The notes under the pieces were generated by a model, which ran no database searches, had not been told where the DNA came from, and saw only the letters and a list, made by a program, of their open reading frames with translations. From a virus, in IMG/VR virus record IMGVR_UViG_3300015360_000025: a DNA stretch of 64,000 nt. One strand, given 5' to 3'. Of this stretch, positions 19,974-30,431 are shown one piece after another. Both the position numbers and the translations under genes were made by a program. Every line of letters starts with the position of its first letter. Positions within the stretch are counted from its first letter, which is position 1.

Positions 19974-21634
19974 TGAACAAGTCCACTCTACGCAGTGAGA
20001 TTATCGCTTGCGGGAGGGATCCTTGCTACTTCATCCGTAAGTATGTGAAGATCAAGCATCCTGTGAGGGGACTCATACCCTTCGAGATGTTTGACTACCA
20101 GGAAGACCTCGTCCGTGATTTCGTCGCCGAACGATTCAACATCGTCCTGAAGGCTCGTCAGTTGGGTATCTCTGAGATCACGGCCGCCTACGCTACGTGG
20201 CTGATGCTCTTTCATCGAGAAAAGAACGTAGTCGTTATGGCCTCCAAGGCTGAGACGGCGAAGAACATCATACGTAAGATTGAGACCGCCCTTAAGAAGC
20301 TCCCGAAGTGGCTGGTCCTCGCGGACATCATCACCGACAACAAGCTCTCCATTGAACTGAGCAACGGTTCACGCTGTAAAGCTATCGCTACGTCTGGAGA
20401 CGCTGGTCGTTCTGAAGCTGTCTCATTCCTGATCATCGACGAGGCCGCCTTCGTCCCAAACTTCGAAGAGCTTTGGACCGGCCTCTATCCGACGGTCGCG
20501 GCCGGTGGACGTGTCGCTGTCCTCTCGACCCCAAATGGCGTCGGAAACAAGTTCCACACCCTGTACGTGGATGCTGAATCGAAGGTAAACGAGTTCAAGC
20601 CACACAAGTTTATGTGGTACTGTCATCCAGAAAGGATTGTTGAACTTCATGATGATCCTGATCGTCCAGGTTTCAAGACTTCTCCGTGGTTCGTGAAGGA
20701 AGTCAACTCGGCCAACATGTCGGCACGAGACGTTGCACAAGAATTGGAGTGCAACTTTAATGCATCTGGTGATACGGTCATTCCTGTCGCCGCCCTTAAG
20801 TGGATCGGCGACGGATTGTTACCACCTATCCTCAAGGAACACTGGGACAGGAATCTCCTTAAATGGTTTCTGCCTCAGAAACAGATGCGGTACTTCATCT
20901 CGGCAGACGTTGCCCGCGGAGACGGACGCGACTACTCTGCAGCCCATGTCTGGGATGCTGCAACCATGTCTCAGGTGGCGGAGTACTACGGTAAGATTCC
21001 TCCGGAGGAGTTCGCGAAACTCCTGGTAGACCTGGGTCACGAGTATAACAATGCTATGTTGGTTATCGAAAACAATACTATTGGCCTGGCATGCATCGAA
21101 CACGTAAAACTCGCACATTACGAGAGTGTGTACTACTCCAGGAGAGGCGATCAGAAGCCAGGTGAGGCTGTGAGCATGCACTGGGGTCCCTCGACCGATG
21201 ATCTCGTTCCAGGATTTACAACTTCTCAGAAGAACCGTCCTCTCATGATTGCTAAGTTCGAGGAGTACATTCGAAACAAGACGATTGTCATTCGTTCGAA
21301 GCGGATGCTTTCGGAGCTTACGACGTTCATCTGGCACAACGGTCGAGCTGAGGCTATGAGCGGAGCAAACGACGACGCCATCATGGCAGCTGCGATTGGT
21401 GCTTGGATCCGTGATACATTCCTCTCCCCGTCCTTTGCGTCCATCGACATCCAGAAAAAGATGCTGAGTGGGATCGGGATGAACCGCACGTACAACAACC
21501 AGATAGAAGGGGCTTCCAAGGATCCCGTCGACTCACGAGCGGGCCAGATGGGTACTTATACGAAAGACCAAGGCTTAAATCGGGTCCGTTTGCCCCGCGG
21601 ACGGGAAGAAGATTTCTCTTGGCTTCTCAAGTAA
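19973..21634 (+). CDS. terL: Terminase large subunit (T4 gp17-like)
   Basis: Walker A KARQLGIS, Walker B LIIDEAAF, LSTPNG, nuclease ISADVARGDGRDYS and DDAIMA. Confidence 0.96.
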   Translation: MNKSTLRSEIIACGRDPCYFIRKYVKIKHPVRGLIPFEMFDYQEDLVRDFVAERFNIVLKARQLGISEITAAYATWLMLFHREKNVVVMASKAETAKNIIRKIETALKKLPKWLVLADIITDNKLSIELSNGSRCKAIATSGDAGRSEAVSFLIIDEAAFVPNFEELWTGLYPTVAAGGRVAVLSTPNGVGNKFHTLYVDAESKVNEFKPHKFMWYCHPERIVELHDDPDRPGFKTSPWFVKEVNSANMSARDVAQELECNFNASGDTVIPVAALKWIGDGLLPPILKEHWDRNLLKWFLPQKQMRYFISADVARGDGRDYSAAHVWDAATMSQVAEYYGKIPPEEFAKLLVDLGHEYNNAMLVIENNTIGLACIEHVKLAHYESVYYSRRGDQKPGEAVSMHWGPSTDDLVPGFTTSQKNRPLMIAKFEEYIRNKTIVIRSKRMLSELTTFIWHNGRAEAMSGANDDAIMAAAIGAWIRDTFLSPSFASIDIQKKMLSGIGMNRTYNNQIEGASKDPVDSRAGQMGTYTKDQGLNRVRLPRGREEDFSWLLK

Positions 21635-21653
21635 CGAAACAAGGAAGTGAACG

Positions 21654-23642
21654 ATGGCCGATCTAATCTCAAGAGAAAGCGTTTGGAAGCGGTTGACACG
21701 GCTCTTCAAGAGCGGTCCAATCGTCCGTCACAAGATTGCCACTGGCGAGAAGTTCTCCGAACCGCAGGGGACCGCCCGGGCCTACAAGCGAGAGCTGTCC
21801 CACCTCTACGTGCATTCGCTCGCTTCGTACGGTCAGTACGAACGTATGTCAAGGTACGCAGACTATAGCGAGATGGAGTTTACTCCTGAGATCGCTTCGG
21901 CCCTGGACATCTACGCCGATGAAGTTACGGTCTACAACGAGAAGAACGCGATCATCGAGATCGTCACGAAGAATGCCGAGATCAAGCGGTTGCTTGAGAC
22001 ACTCTTCTACGACGTCCTGAACATCGAGTTCAACATCTGGAGCTGGACTCGGAACCTCTGTAAGTACGGCGACTTCATGATGTTCGTCGACGCTTCAGAG
22101 TCGAACGGTATCCTGAATATGCTTCCCATCCCGATCAATGAGATCGAGAGGGAAGAGGGATACGACAAGGCTGATCCGTTCGCCGTGCGCTTCCGCTGGA
22201 TGACCCAGGGAAACTCGATCCTGGAGAACTGGCAGGTCGTCCATTTCCGTCTGCTCGGTAACGACAACTTCCTTCCGTACGGCCAGAGCATCATCGAGCC
22301 TGCGCGCCGGATTTGGCGTCAGCTGATCCTTATCGAGGACGCGATGTTGGTGTACCGCATCGTCCGTTCTCCTGAGCGTCGTGTGTTCTACATTGATGTC
22401 GGTAACATCCAGCCCGACCAGGTCGACACATTCATGGAGCAGATCAAGACTCGTCTCCGTCGGAACCAGGTCGTTGACCCCTCTACCGGTCGAGTGGATT
22501 TGCGTTACAACCCACTCTCCGTTGACGAGGATTACTTCGTCCCAGTCCGTGGAGATAAGAGTTCTAAGATCGAAACACTCCCTGGCGGTCAATTCACTGG
22601 AGACATCGACGACGTCCAGTACATCCAGAACAAACTCTTCGCAGCCCTCAAGGTTCCCAAGGCGTATCTGGGATATGAAGCAGATCTGGGATCGAAGGCA
22701 ACGCTCTCTCAGCAGGATGTGCGGTTCGCCAGGACCATTGAGCGCATCCAGAAGATCGTCATCTCAGAACTGAATAAGATCGCAATCATCCACCTCTTCC
22801 TCCTCGGGTACAACGGGGAAGACCTGGTGGACTTTGAGATCAAGCTCGCTAACGCCTCGACTGTTGCCGAACAACAGAAGCTTGAGCTCTGGCGGATGCG
22901 GTTTGAGATCGCCGGCTCGGCCACCGAAGGTATTCTCGACCGCGAGACGATCTATCGAAAGATCTTCAATATGACGGACGAAGAGATAGAGAAGGTGCGT
23001 GAAGGGAAGCGGGTCGACAAGCTCGAAGATCTCACCCTCGAGAGCATGCAAGCGCCCACTCCAGAGGGAGGGGAAGCAACGGCGCCCGCTGTACCAGGTG
23101 AAGAGGAACTCCCGGCCACGTTGGGAGGGGAGGAGCCAGCTGCTGCTGAAGCCACCCCAGCGGCCGGTGCTGAAGCGCCACCAGCCCCTGAAGGTGTATC
23201 CATTGGTAGCGCTGGGACGATCCTACATGAGATCGAGCGTAGCCTGGAGACAGAGAAGAAGAACATGGGAAGTACCGGTAATGATGCCTCAATCGCGGTC
23301 GACAAGGGAAAGGACCTCTTCTCGACTGGTGAAGATCAACACACACTGGTTTTTGGAACGGAGAAGCAGACTGCTTCCGATCCAAACGACAAAGCTTCTC
23401 TGAAGCGCCTTATCACCCGTCCATTCTCGGAGGCTAAGAGTCTGACCAAGAAGGGTGACGTGGATGTTGTAGACGCCAGGCTGAAAGAGGCTGTCAAGCG
23501 GACGGAATTGATCGCAGAGGGTATTTCGGAGAAGATGGAAGAGTTTTCACGTGGACTGGAACTCAAGAACCGGAAGATGCTTAAGGAATTCAAGCGGGCT
23601 TCACGTAGATCCAGAAATCTCAACTCGAAGGACGACGAGTAA
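21654..23642 (+). CDS. Portal protein (T4 gp20-like)
   Basis: IASALDIYADE; EDAMLVYRIVRSPERRVFYIDVGN; EDYFVPVRG...IETLPGG; acidic Pro/Ala-rich C-terminal extension. Confidence 0.95.
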   Translation: MADLISRESVWKRLTRLFKSGPIVRHKIATGEKFSEPQGTARAYKRELSHLYVHSLASYGQYERMSRYADYSEMEFTPEIASALDIYADEVTVYNEKNAIIEIVTKNAEIKRLLETLFYDVLNIEFNIWSWTRNLCKYGDFMMFVDASESNGILNMLPIPINEIEREEGYDKADPFAVRFRWMTQGNSILENWQVVHFRLLGNDNFLPYGQSIIEPARRIWRQLILIEDAMLVYRIVRSPERRVFYIDVGNIQPDQVDTFMEQIKTRLRRNQVVDPSTGRVDLRYNPLSVDEDYFVPVRGDKSSKIETLPGGQFTGDIDDVQYIQNKLFAALKVPKAYLGYEADLGSKATLSQQDVRFARTIERIQKIVISELNKIAIIHLFLLGYNGEDLVDFEIKLANASTVAEQQKLELWRMRFEIAGSATEGILDRETIYRKIFNMTDEEIEKVREGKRVDKLEDLTLESMQAPTPEGGEATAPAVPGEEELPATLGGEEPAAAEATPAAGAEAPPAPEGVSIGSAGTILHEIERSLETEKKNMGSTGNDASIAVDKGKDLFSTGEDQHTLVFGTEKQTASDPNDKASLKRLITRPFSEAKSLTKKGDVDVVDARLKEAVKRTELIAEGISEKMEEFSRGLELKNRKMLKEFKRASRRSRNLNSKDDE

Positions 23643-23716
23643 GAATCGCCGAGATCGAGCGGTTAGTCTTCCTGGAAGCTACTTACAGAGTAGACGTAGA
23701 CAGGGGTACATTCAAA

Positions 23717-24574
23717 ATGTCCTTCAGACACAATAAGAAGAGAAATTCCGGGTTGGTATACGAGTTCCTCGTTCGGCGCATGGCGTCGACGATGGTCGAC
23801 CGTGATCCGGAGGGATACCTCAAGGCGGTCGGTATCGTCAAGAAGTATTTCTCGTATGGTCAGCCTTTGGCGGAAGAGAAGGAGATCTTTGACGTCATCT
23901 CCGCTTCACGTGGTCTTGCCGAACCGGCCGCTCGTCGAGTTCTGAGCCAGCTGGAAAATCACGCACGTGCCCTCGATTCTAAGAAGATCGAGATCAAGAA
24001 GAGCAATCTGATCAAGGACGTACACTACAAGTTTGGACAGGACTTCTTCTCTGTGCACCGGGTTCCAGAGTATCGTCTTCTGGCATCAGTCCAGATGTTG
24101 GTCGAACGGTATCGGCAGGTCGGGGCCAACCTGACTGAAGATGTCCAGAAGATCCAACTCGAGGAAGCTCTCGTAAAGTTCATGACCACCCCAGCCCAAG
24201 ACAAAAGTGCCGGTCCAAACGGACAGAAGGTCGACGGTCTGGTGGCTTCCCTCGCGATGCGGAAGTTCGAGGAGAGGTATTCGGGTGTCCTGAGTGAGTC
24301 CCAAAAGAAGACCATTCGTCGTTTCATGAACTATTCTATGACCGGGAACCGGGAGCAGTTTTCTCGGGAGATGGAAGAGGAACGGCAGGGTCTCATACAG
24401 AAGATTAAGGAGTCACGAGAGTTGAAGTGCTTCTCCGAAGACTCTGTGATGGCCGCACGGCTAGATGAGGCGACAGCCTCTCTCACTGCCCTGACCAATC
24501 TATCCTCAGAGGATTCTGTCCAAGAACTTCTCCTCTACCACAAGCTTGCTTCGGAGATCGATTCAGATGAGTGA
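23717..24574 (+). CDS. Conserved head-module hypothetical protein
   Basis: 285 aa starting MSFRHNKKRNSGLVYEFLVR, located between portal and protease. Confidence 0.7.
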   Translation: MSFRHNKKRNSGLVYEFLVRRMASTMVDRDPEGYLKAVGIVKKYFSYGQPLAEEKEIFDVISASRGLAEPAARRVLSQLENHARALDSKKIEIKKSNLIKDVHYKFGQDFFSVHRVPEYRLLASVQMLVERYRQVGANLTEDVQKIQLEEALVKFMTTPAQDKSAGPNGQKVDGLVASLAMRKFEERYSGVLSESQKKTIRRFMNYSMTGNREQFSREMEEERQGLIQKIKESRELKCFSEDSVMAARLDEATASLTALTNLSSEDSVQELLLYHKLASEIDSDE

Positions 24575-25937
24575 TCCGCGTGACTCAGAACAGAACGAAA
24601 TGGGAGTCACCGGCATTGCCGGTGTCCAGGCTCCCCCGATGAAGGACGACGAGCGTATGGCCGCCGTCCGCGAAATGATCCGAAGCAAGGTAAGGGAGGT
24701 GGTCCGCAAGAAGGCTGGAGGCGGTGGCTATACGCTCTACGCTCCAAACCCAGATAAGAAAGGTGGATCGAAGCCTGTCGGAAATTTCCCGACCAAGATG
24801 GGAGCCAAAAGAGCTGAGCTTGCCCGGTACCCTCCGAAGGATCCAGACAAGTTGAAACGGCTCCGCAAAGACATTGAAAAGACGTCCAAGGATACAAAGA
24901 AGGCCGTTGAGAAGGAAAGGACTGCCGCCAAACAGAAGGGTACCGACAAGGGACCGAAGAAGACGACTCCGAAGAATGATTCTGTCAACGAGGCCGGTTC
25001 TCCGTTTTCTTCGTCTGTTGCCGCTCCCGCCGCACCTTCTACTTCCGCGACCAAGCCTCTCAATCAGGACCCAAAGGCGTTCTTTATGGGTCTCAAGGCG
25101 ATCCCTGCCGACAAGTCAATCGATCGAGCCAACTACATCCAGAACCACCTGAAGGATCCGACCTTCCTCTCCAACGTAAAGAAGACCCCGAACGGCGACC
25201 AGGCCATTAAACAACTCTATTCTTTGGCCAACAAGGCCGCAGCTTTCAAGCCCGGTCAGTCGAAGACGACAGTTCAATCACAGATCCCTGGCATGGCCGA
25301 GGCGACCACAAGGCGCATTGAATTCATGCACCGAAGCGTGTTGTCAAAGATCATCACTCGATCGTTAACCGAGTCATTGTTTCGTGAAGAGAAAACGGAA
25401 AGCGAATGGGATGATTATATCTCGAAGCTTTCCAAGCAGGCACTGGCTGGTGACACAAAGTTCCAGTCGCTGCAGAAGAACATCAGTAAAAAGACCGAAG
25501 GGATCCTGAACGACGCCTTTAACTCGATCAAGAAGGCGGTTGGGAAGGGCATCAAGCTTAAGAGCTTCGGACTTAAGCATGATCCCAATTCCGGGCAGAC
25601 GTACCTAGCTTTTAGCGCTGACTTTGATGGCGTCGCTGTCGAACCAATCTACATTCACATCGAAGGTGGAGTTCCAAGGATCGAGGTATCAACCAATGCC
25701 AAGGTCGCCCTGACAAAGACGGATCCTGACGATGGCAAACTGTTCCGGGCAGAGCTGGTGACGGTACAGGAACGAGTGTTGGACGATATGGACGTCCTCT
25801 CCAAGGCGATCCAGAACCGTGACAAGTACCTTTCCAAGTTGGAAAGCGAGGTCGACGGATACGTAGCTAGCCTGGCACCACTCCAAATTTCGCTGCTCAA
25901 ACAATTACTGGTGAAGAAGTATAGGAAGATCACATGA
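24567..25937 (+). CDS. Putative internal head protein
   Basis: Likely start MSDPRDS, overlapping the upstream stop; Lys-rich, with VREMIRSKVREV and LSKIITRSLTES segments. Confidence 0.6.
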   Translation: MSDPRDSEQNEMGVTGIAGVQAPPMKDDERMAAVREMIRSKVREVVRKKAGGGGYTLYAPNPDKKGGSKPVGNFPTKMGAKRAELARYPPKDPDKLKRLRKDIEKTSKDTKKAVEKERTAAKQKGTDKGPKKTTPKNDSVNEAGSPFSSSVAAPAAPSTSATKPLNQDPKAFFMGLKAIPADKSIDRANYIQNHLKDPTFLSNVKKTPNGDQAIKQLYSLANKAAAFKPGQSKTTVQSQIPGMAEATTRRIEFMHRSVLSKIITRSLTESLFREEKTESEWDDYISKLSKQALAGDTKFQSLQKNISKKTEGILNDAFNSIKKAVGKGIKLKSFGLKHDPNSGQTYLAFSADFDGVAVEPIYIHIEGGVPRIEVSTNAKVALTKTDPDDGKLFRAELVTVQERVLDDMDVLSKAIQNRDKYLSKLESEVDGYVASLAPLQISLLKQLLVKKYRKIT

Positions 25938-26278
25938 ACATCTGGGAGAAGCTCCAGAGAATGATAGAGGCTCCACCACCGGCAACGATGGGGAGCTCTG
26001 ACTCCATGATGACTGGTCCCACGTCCCAGTCCACAGGAATGGCCACCAGGGCATCTGCCGCGGGACGGAAGAACATCCAGTTGCTGAACGTTGAGCTGGA
26101 CGCGCTGATCAAGGAGCTAGAAAGTCCGAAGACCGCGCTCATCAACGGGGTTGACATGAAGAAACTGGGAGACAAGCTCTACCAGATGAAGGTCAAGCAG
26201 GAATCTATGGGAAGTGGGAACAGCACTTCGCATGGTGATGGGGCTGAGGACGAATCGGAAGTTGAGGAGGTCTACTGA
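25934..26278 (+). CDS. Hypothetical protein
   Basis: 114 aa with ATGA overlap to the upstream gene. Confidence 0.6.
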   Translation: MNIWEKLQRMIEAPPPATMGSSDSMMTGPTSQSTGMATRASAAGRKNIQLLNVELDALIKELESPKTALINGVDMKKLGDKLYQMKVKQESMGSGNSTSHGDGAEDESEVEEVY

Positions 26279-26279
26279 A

Positions 26280-26876
26280 ATGCAGAAGAAACAACTCTTG
26301 AGGGAATGGATCGCCCTCGACTACAACCCCAAGCTGATTAAGGAGGACCGTGAGAAGAACGGCGGCAAGCTCATCCTCCAGGGGATCATCCAGAAGGCCG
26401 ATACCAAGAATCAGAACAAGCGGATCTACCCGCACGATGTCCTGGCCAGGGAGATCGAGAACTACCAGAAGGCTGTTCGGGAGAACCGCGCAGTCGGTGA
26501 GCTCGACCATCCTGAGACGTCGTCCGTTTCTCTGAAGAACGTCTCTCACATCATCCGAGAAATGATGTGGGATGGACAAAACGTGATCGGCCGCGTCGAG
26601 GTACTTCCTACGCCACAGGGGAAGGTGCTTGAGAGCCTGCTCGAGGCCGGTGTGACCATCGGGATCTCCAGCCGTGGGGTAGGATCCACCGAGAAGACCA
26701 ACGAAGGTCTAGACATGGTGCAACCTGACTACCAGATCATCTGCTTCGACATCGTCTCCGAACCGTCGACCCCGGGCGCGTACCTGATGCCCGAGAGCCG
26801 GCAGTACACAGATGCTGTCAGGTTCTCCAAGGAAGATAGGATCTTCAGGGCTCTCAACGATATCGTCAGGAAGTGA
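26280..26876 (+). CDS. Prohead core protease (T4 gp21-like)
   Basis: NQNKRIYP, GELDHP, IGISSRGVGS, FDIVSEPSTPGA; likely start MQKKQLLRE at 26280. Confidence 0.95.
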   Translation: MQKKQLLREWIALDYNPKLIKEDREKNGGKLILQGIIQKADTKNQNKRIYPHDVLAREIENYQKAVRENRAVGELDHPETSSVSLKNVSHIIREMMWDGQNVIGRVEVLPTPQGKVLESLLEAGVTIGISSRGVGSTEKTNEGLDMVQPDYQIICFDIVSEPSTPGAYLMPESRQYTDAVRFSKEDRIFRALNDIVRK

Positions 26877-26883
26877 TGACAAC

Positions 26884-27111
26884 ATGATTTCTCTTAAAGA
26901 TCTCTTTTTGATTAAAGAAACTTCACCAGAGAAGCAAGATGCGTACGCACAGGCCACGGCACCTCAAAACGTGAAGTTTTCGATGTCTTCTCCTGAAGCT
27001 GAAAAACTTCATCAAGCATTAGCAGATCTTCGTAGGACTACACCCAATGATCATTTTTTGAATGCCATATTTTTTCGCTTAGACAGGTTGTTGAAGAGTG
27101 GAATTAAATGA
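26884..27111 (+). CDS. Small hypothetical protein, AT-richer than its neighbours
   Basis: Likely start MISLKDLFLIKE at 26884; ATGA overlap with the next gene. Confidence 0.55.
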   Translation: MISLKDLFLIKETSPEKQDAYAQATAPQNVKFSMSSPEAEKLHQALADLRRTTPNDHFLNAIFFRLDRLLKSGIK

Positions 27112-27665
27112 GAGTTGATGCCAAGGCACTCTTTGAGGTAGTACGTCAGGTCGTCCAGGACGAGATCCGTAAGTCTCTTCCTGGGATGGTCCGTCAACAC
27201 CTCACCGAGAGCTACATGAAGAAGTTGGTTCAAGAACAGATCCAGCCCATCCAGAAGCCCGCAGTCCGTCGGCAACCGACCATGACTGAACTCCTAATGA
27301 CTCCAAAGGGCGACGAGGAGCTTGAGGAGATTCCGGAACCGTTGTCGAATGCTGATCAGGGGATCTACGACAAAGGCATGCCTGGATTGAAGAAGGACGA
27401 AGTTGTCTCTAAGCTTCTGTCCAAGAATAATCCTCTCGCCTACGTATTCGAGGGAGTGAAGCCAATTCCTAGTGAAGACGACGCTTCTGCTGGCGCCCCT
27501 CCGTCGATTCCTCTGGAGAAGGTAGGATTCGACTTCAGTGGGATGAACAAGTTAGTCGCCGGTATGGAGAGACGAGCTTCACAGCAGGGAGAAACGTCTA
27601 CTGCTGAGATGAAGATGAGAGAGTTGGAAGCGAAGCGGAAGGCACTCGAGGTAAAGGTAGGATGA
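27108..27665 (+). CDS. Putative internal head protein
   Basis: 185 aa; N-terminus ALFEVVRQVVQDEI...HLTE. Confidence 0.6.
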   Translation: MRVDAKALFEVVRQVVQDEIRKSLPGMVRQHLTESYMKKLVQEQIQPIQKPAVRRQPTMTELLMTPKGDEELEEIPEPLSNADQGIYDKGMPGLKKDEVVSKLLSKNNPLAYVFEGVKPIPSEDDASAGAPPSIPLEKVGFDFSGMNKLVAGMERRASQQGETSTAEMKMRELEAKRKALEVKVG

Positions 27666-28396
27666 AAGTTCGCACGATCTTCGAACGACTGGAGGAGTAC
27701 GATCGACTTGGGTTCGCCGGACACCCCGATGCATCAGGAATCCGAGGTCAGGGTCCCAATCGTCAGCCATACTCTAGGCTTCAGAATTTCCCGTACGATC
27801 GTGATGACCAGTACGGAGAACCACGGGTGTACGATCGTGGCAGCTCTGCCGCGTTCGGTCTCCACCGTCCGTTGACCCCACACGACGACGAACACTTTTC
27901 TCTGTCTCTCCTCGATCTGGAAGAGATCTTTAATGAGATCGGCAGTGGCAACAGTCCCTCCAGCCCCTCCAAGGGGAATTCTAGCAACCTGGGCAGTGCC
28001 ATCCCAGGTATGGGCGGGAGTTGGGCGGTGAACCCTCCGAGGGACTGGGACAGTGCTCCTGAGATCACGGACGGTCCTCCGTCTGACGAGGACGAGATCC
28101 CAATGACTCCACTTCCTCCTCCAGTTGAACCTGTGACCGGGATGTTGCCAGACTACCGATCTGAGACGGACGAAGATCTGGAGAACAGGCTCAATCGGAT
28201 CTACGGTCGTGAGGACAATGAAGACTTCGTCCAGAGACAGGCTTTTGCCAATCCTGACTTTCATGCTCTGCAACGTGATCCGTTCTCCGTTGTTAACAAG
28301 AACTTTGTTGATCGCGGGCTGTACGGTCTCCTTTCTAAGGAGTCCGCGTGGGATCGGGTGACTTCAATGTCCAGGAAGAAGAGAGAGAATTCCTAA
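27662..28396 (+). CDS. Hypothetical acidic/Pro-rich head-module protein
   Basis: 244 aa with ATGA overlap. Confidence 0.6.
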   Translation: MKVRTIFERLEEYDRLGFAGHPDASGIRGQGPNRQPYSRLQNFPYDRDDQYGEPRVYDRGSSAAFGLHRPLTPHDDEHFSLSLLDLEEIFNEIGSGNSPSSPSKGNSSNLGSAIPGMGGSWAVNPPRDWDSAPEITDGPPSDEDEIPMTPLPPPVEPVTGMLPDYRSETDEDLENRLNRIYGREDNEDFVQRQAFANPDFHALQRDPFSVVNKNFVDRGLYGLLSKESAWDRVTSMSRKKRENS

Positions 28397-28411
28397 GAAC
28401 CAAGCAAAGAA

Positions 28412-28430
28412 ACTAGTCACCTCTATTTAT
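28412..28430 (+). promoter_or_regulatory. Extended putative late-promoter motif ACTAGTCAYCTCTATTTA
   Basis: Near-identical to 19532..19549; 15 nt upstream of the ATG at 28445. Confidence 0.6.
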
Positions 28431-28444
28431 CGGAGAGGAAGAAG

Positions 28445-28888
28445 ATGAAAGCTACCCTTGCAGAAATCAGAACAATCGTCTCCGAAGTCTTGACGGAAGT
28501 CAAGAAGAAGAAGGAGAAGTCAGACAAGGCCAAGAAGGAGGTGCACCCGGCCGCGTATTCCTATGACGAAGCTTTCGACTTCTCCGCTCCACTTGGAGCG
28601 TATAACCTATACCGGAACCAGGGTGCAGTGAACTGGGGACCGATGACGAGTGCTGGCACCAAGATCGATGACAGGATCGCGGGTGGTCGGGCCGAGACTG
28701 AATCGATACTCCGCTCCTTTATCAAGGAAGCGATCCGCGACGAAGTCAATGAGGACACGTCTTCTTGGCACCGTCTTTCCGAGATGATTGATCCTCCAGC
28801 TAAGCATTTCGGCAACGTCTGGGAAGCTGCCGCCCACTGGTACGATTTTCAGAACCGCGGCCTTGGGAAGGCAAAGGCCAAGAAGTGA
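28445..28888 (+). CDS. Putative internal head protein
   Basis: N-terminus MKATLAEIRTIVSEVLTE. Confidence 0.6.
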   Translation: MKATLAEIRTIVSEVLTEVKKKKEKSDKAKKEVHPAAYSYDEAFDFSAPLGAYNLYRNQGAVNWGPMTSAGTKIDDRIAGGRAETESILRSFIKEAIRDEVNEDTSSWHRLSEMIDPPAKHFGNVWEAAAHWYDFQNRGLGKAKAKK

Positions 28889-29124
28889 ACGCCAACAAGC
28901 TCAACAAGAATCCTCGTAAGGATAGTTTGTCAGTCTCGGCTTCCCCAGAAGAAAAGGTAGAGCAAATGATCCGCCGTTTCATCAAGAATGTCCGGAACAG
29001 CGGGTTGGTCCAAGAGTTACTGGAACGTAGGGCGTACGATAAGCCCTCTATCCGAAAGAAGAAGAAGGCCATCAAGGCGAAGTTTGCTAGGCTTAGTGAA
29101 GAAAAAGAAAAACGAAATCTTTGA
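28885..29124 (+). CDS. rpsU: Phage-encoded 30S ribosomal protein bS21
   Basis: 79 aa basic protein; VEQMIRRFIKNVRNSGLVQELLERRAYDKPSIRKKKK matches the bS21 pattern (LRRFKR...GI..E.R.R..YEKPS..RK). Confidence 0.85.
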   Translation: MNANKLNKNPRKDSLSVSASPEEKVEQMIRRFIKNVRNSGLVQELLERRAYDKPSIRKKKKAIKAKFARLSEEKEKRNL

Positions 29125-29151
29125 GAAGTGGTCGAAAATTTTTCCTTCATT

Positions 29152-29158
29152 TACTTAG
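29152..29158 (+). promoter_or_regulatory. TANTTA(G) putative late-promoter motif
   Basis: TACTTAG in the gap upstream of the scaffold/MCP genes. Confidence 0.55.
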
Positions 29159-29188
29159 AGGTAGATTCAATCGTTCAGGGAGAATCAA

Positions 29189-30400
29189 ATGTCCGTGAAG
29201 AAAGAAGGCAGAGATTTGGTGAGTGAAGCGGTAAACGACGCCAAGGCGTTGCGGAATGCCGCCCTTGCTGCTGCCAAGAATGAGCTGGTCGAGTCGATGA
29301 CTCCGGGCCTCAAAGCTCTTCTGGAAAAAAGCATTAAAGGAGTCCTCGCAAAGAATGAGGACACCGACAGGATTCGACGTGGAATCCAGGACAACTGGCC
29401 CGGAGAGAGCCACACCGGCTTCGAAGAAGCCAAAGAAAAAGGAGATCCCCAGATGGATAAGGTACCCCCGCAGGACGACCAGGAACTCGATCTCGAGTCC
29501 CTTGCTAGCTTCTTCCCCGCGATGAGCGAGATGCCTGAAGAGGATCCGATGGCTCTCGCCCCGAAGGTCGATGAAGACCCTTCGATGCAGATGGGACAGA
29601 TTCCTACTCTCGGTATGCCGGGAATGGGGATGGGCGGAATGCCTGAAGCAATCGCTCCTGAAGGTGAAGAGGGCGAGGAAGAGATGAAGGTCGAAGGCAA
29701 GAAGAAGAAGGACAAGGACGAAGACGACAAGGAGAAGGATACCATGGACGAGGAGATCGAGATCTCTGAGGCGGAACTCAAGAAGGTCTACGAGGCTGCT
29801 CTTCAGACTGAAGCACAGGTCACCAAGGGATTCGGTGAGATGACCAAGGCAGGGGAGCTCGACGACGTCGCGAAGGATGTCGACAAGGGCCTCGCCGATG
29901 TCAAGAAGGGCGAGCATGAGTGGGCGAAGGAGACCCCTCCCGCTGCCCAGGACTTCACTGTCAAGGAGATGCGTGCCCTCATCGGCAAGGGTCTCACTGA
30001 GAACAAGTCCCTCCGCGAAAATCTGAAGAAGGCCGTCGGCTTGATCCGTCACCTTGGAGCTCGCCTCCATGAGGTGAACCTCTTCAATGCCAAGGTCCTC
30101 CATGTCAACCGCATCCTGAACACCAACGGGCGGCTGACCAAGGAACAGAAGAAGGTCGTCCTCGAGTCCATCGATCGGGCCAAGTCCATCGATGAGGTCA
30201 AGACGGTCTACGAAGTCATCAACAACTCTTTCGCGGTTGCGACCCAACTTTCCGAGGACAAGTCTCGGAAGCCTGTCGCGAACGCACAACGGCCGCGCAC
30301 CTCTGGTGCAGCGGACCAAAAAGTCCTCAGAGAATCTGTGGATCGTCAAACCAACGATGGCTTCGGGCGGCTTCAGCAGCTGGCCGGGCTGATCAAGTAA
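29189..30400 (+). CDS. Prohead core/scaffolding protein
   Basis: Acidic, coiled-coil 403 aa protein directly upstream of MCP; strong RBS GGGAGAATCAAATG. Confidence 0.8.
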   Translation: MSVKKEGRDLVSEAVNDAKALRNAALAAAKNELVESMTPGLKALLEKSIKGVLAKNEDTDRIRRGIQDNWPGESHTGFEEAKEKGDPQMDKVPPQDDQELDLESLASFFPAMSEMPEEDPMALAPKVDEDPSMQMGQIPTLGMPGMGMGGMPEAIAPEGEEGEEEMKVEGKKKKDKDEDDKEKDTMDEEIEISEAELKKVYEAALQTEAQVTKGFGEMTKAGELDDVAKDVDKGLADVKKGEHEWAKETPPAAQDFTVKEMRALIGKGLTENKSLRENLKKAVGLIRHLGARLHEVNLFNAKVLHVNRILNTNGRLTKEQKKVVLESIDRAKSIDEVKTVYEVINNSFAVATQLSEDKSRKPVANAQRPRTSGAADQKVLRESVDRQTNDGFGRLQQLAGLIK

Positions 30401-30431
30401 GGCGTCCACCAGGACAACAGGAGAAAATCAA

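Noticed and set aside
19973-21634. Intein or intron in terminase (or in primase/polymerase)
   Set aside because: Lengths are ordinary, and no C/S...HN splice motifs or LAGLIDADG blocks were seen.
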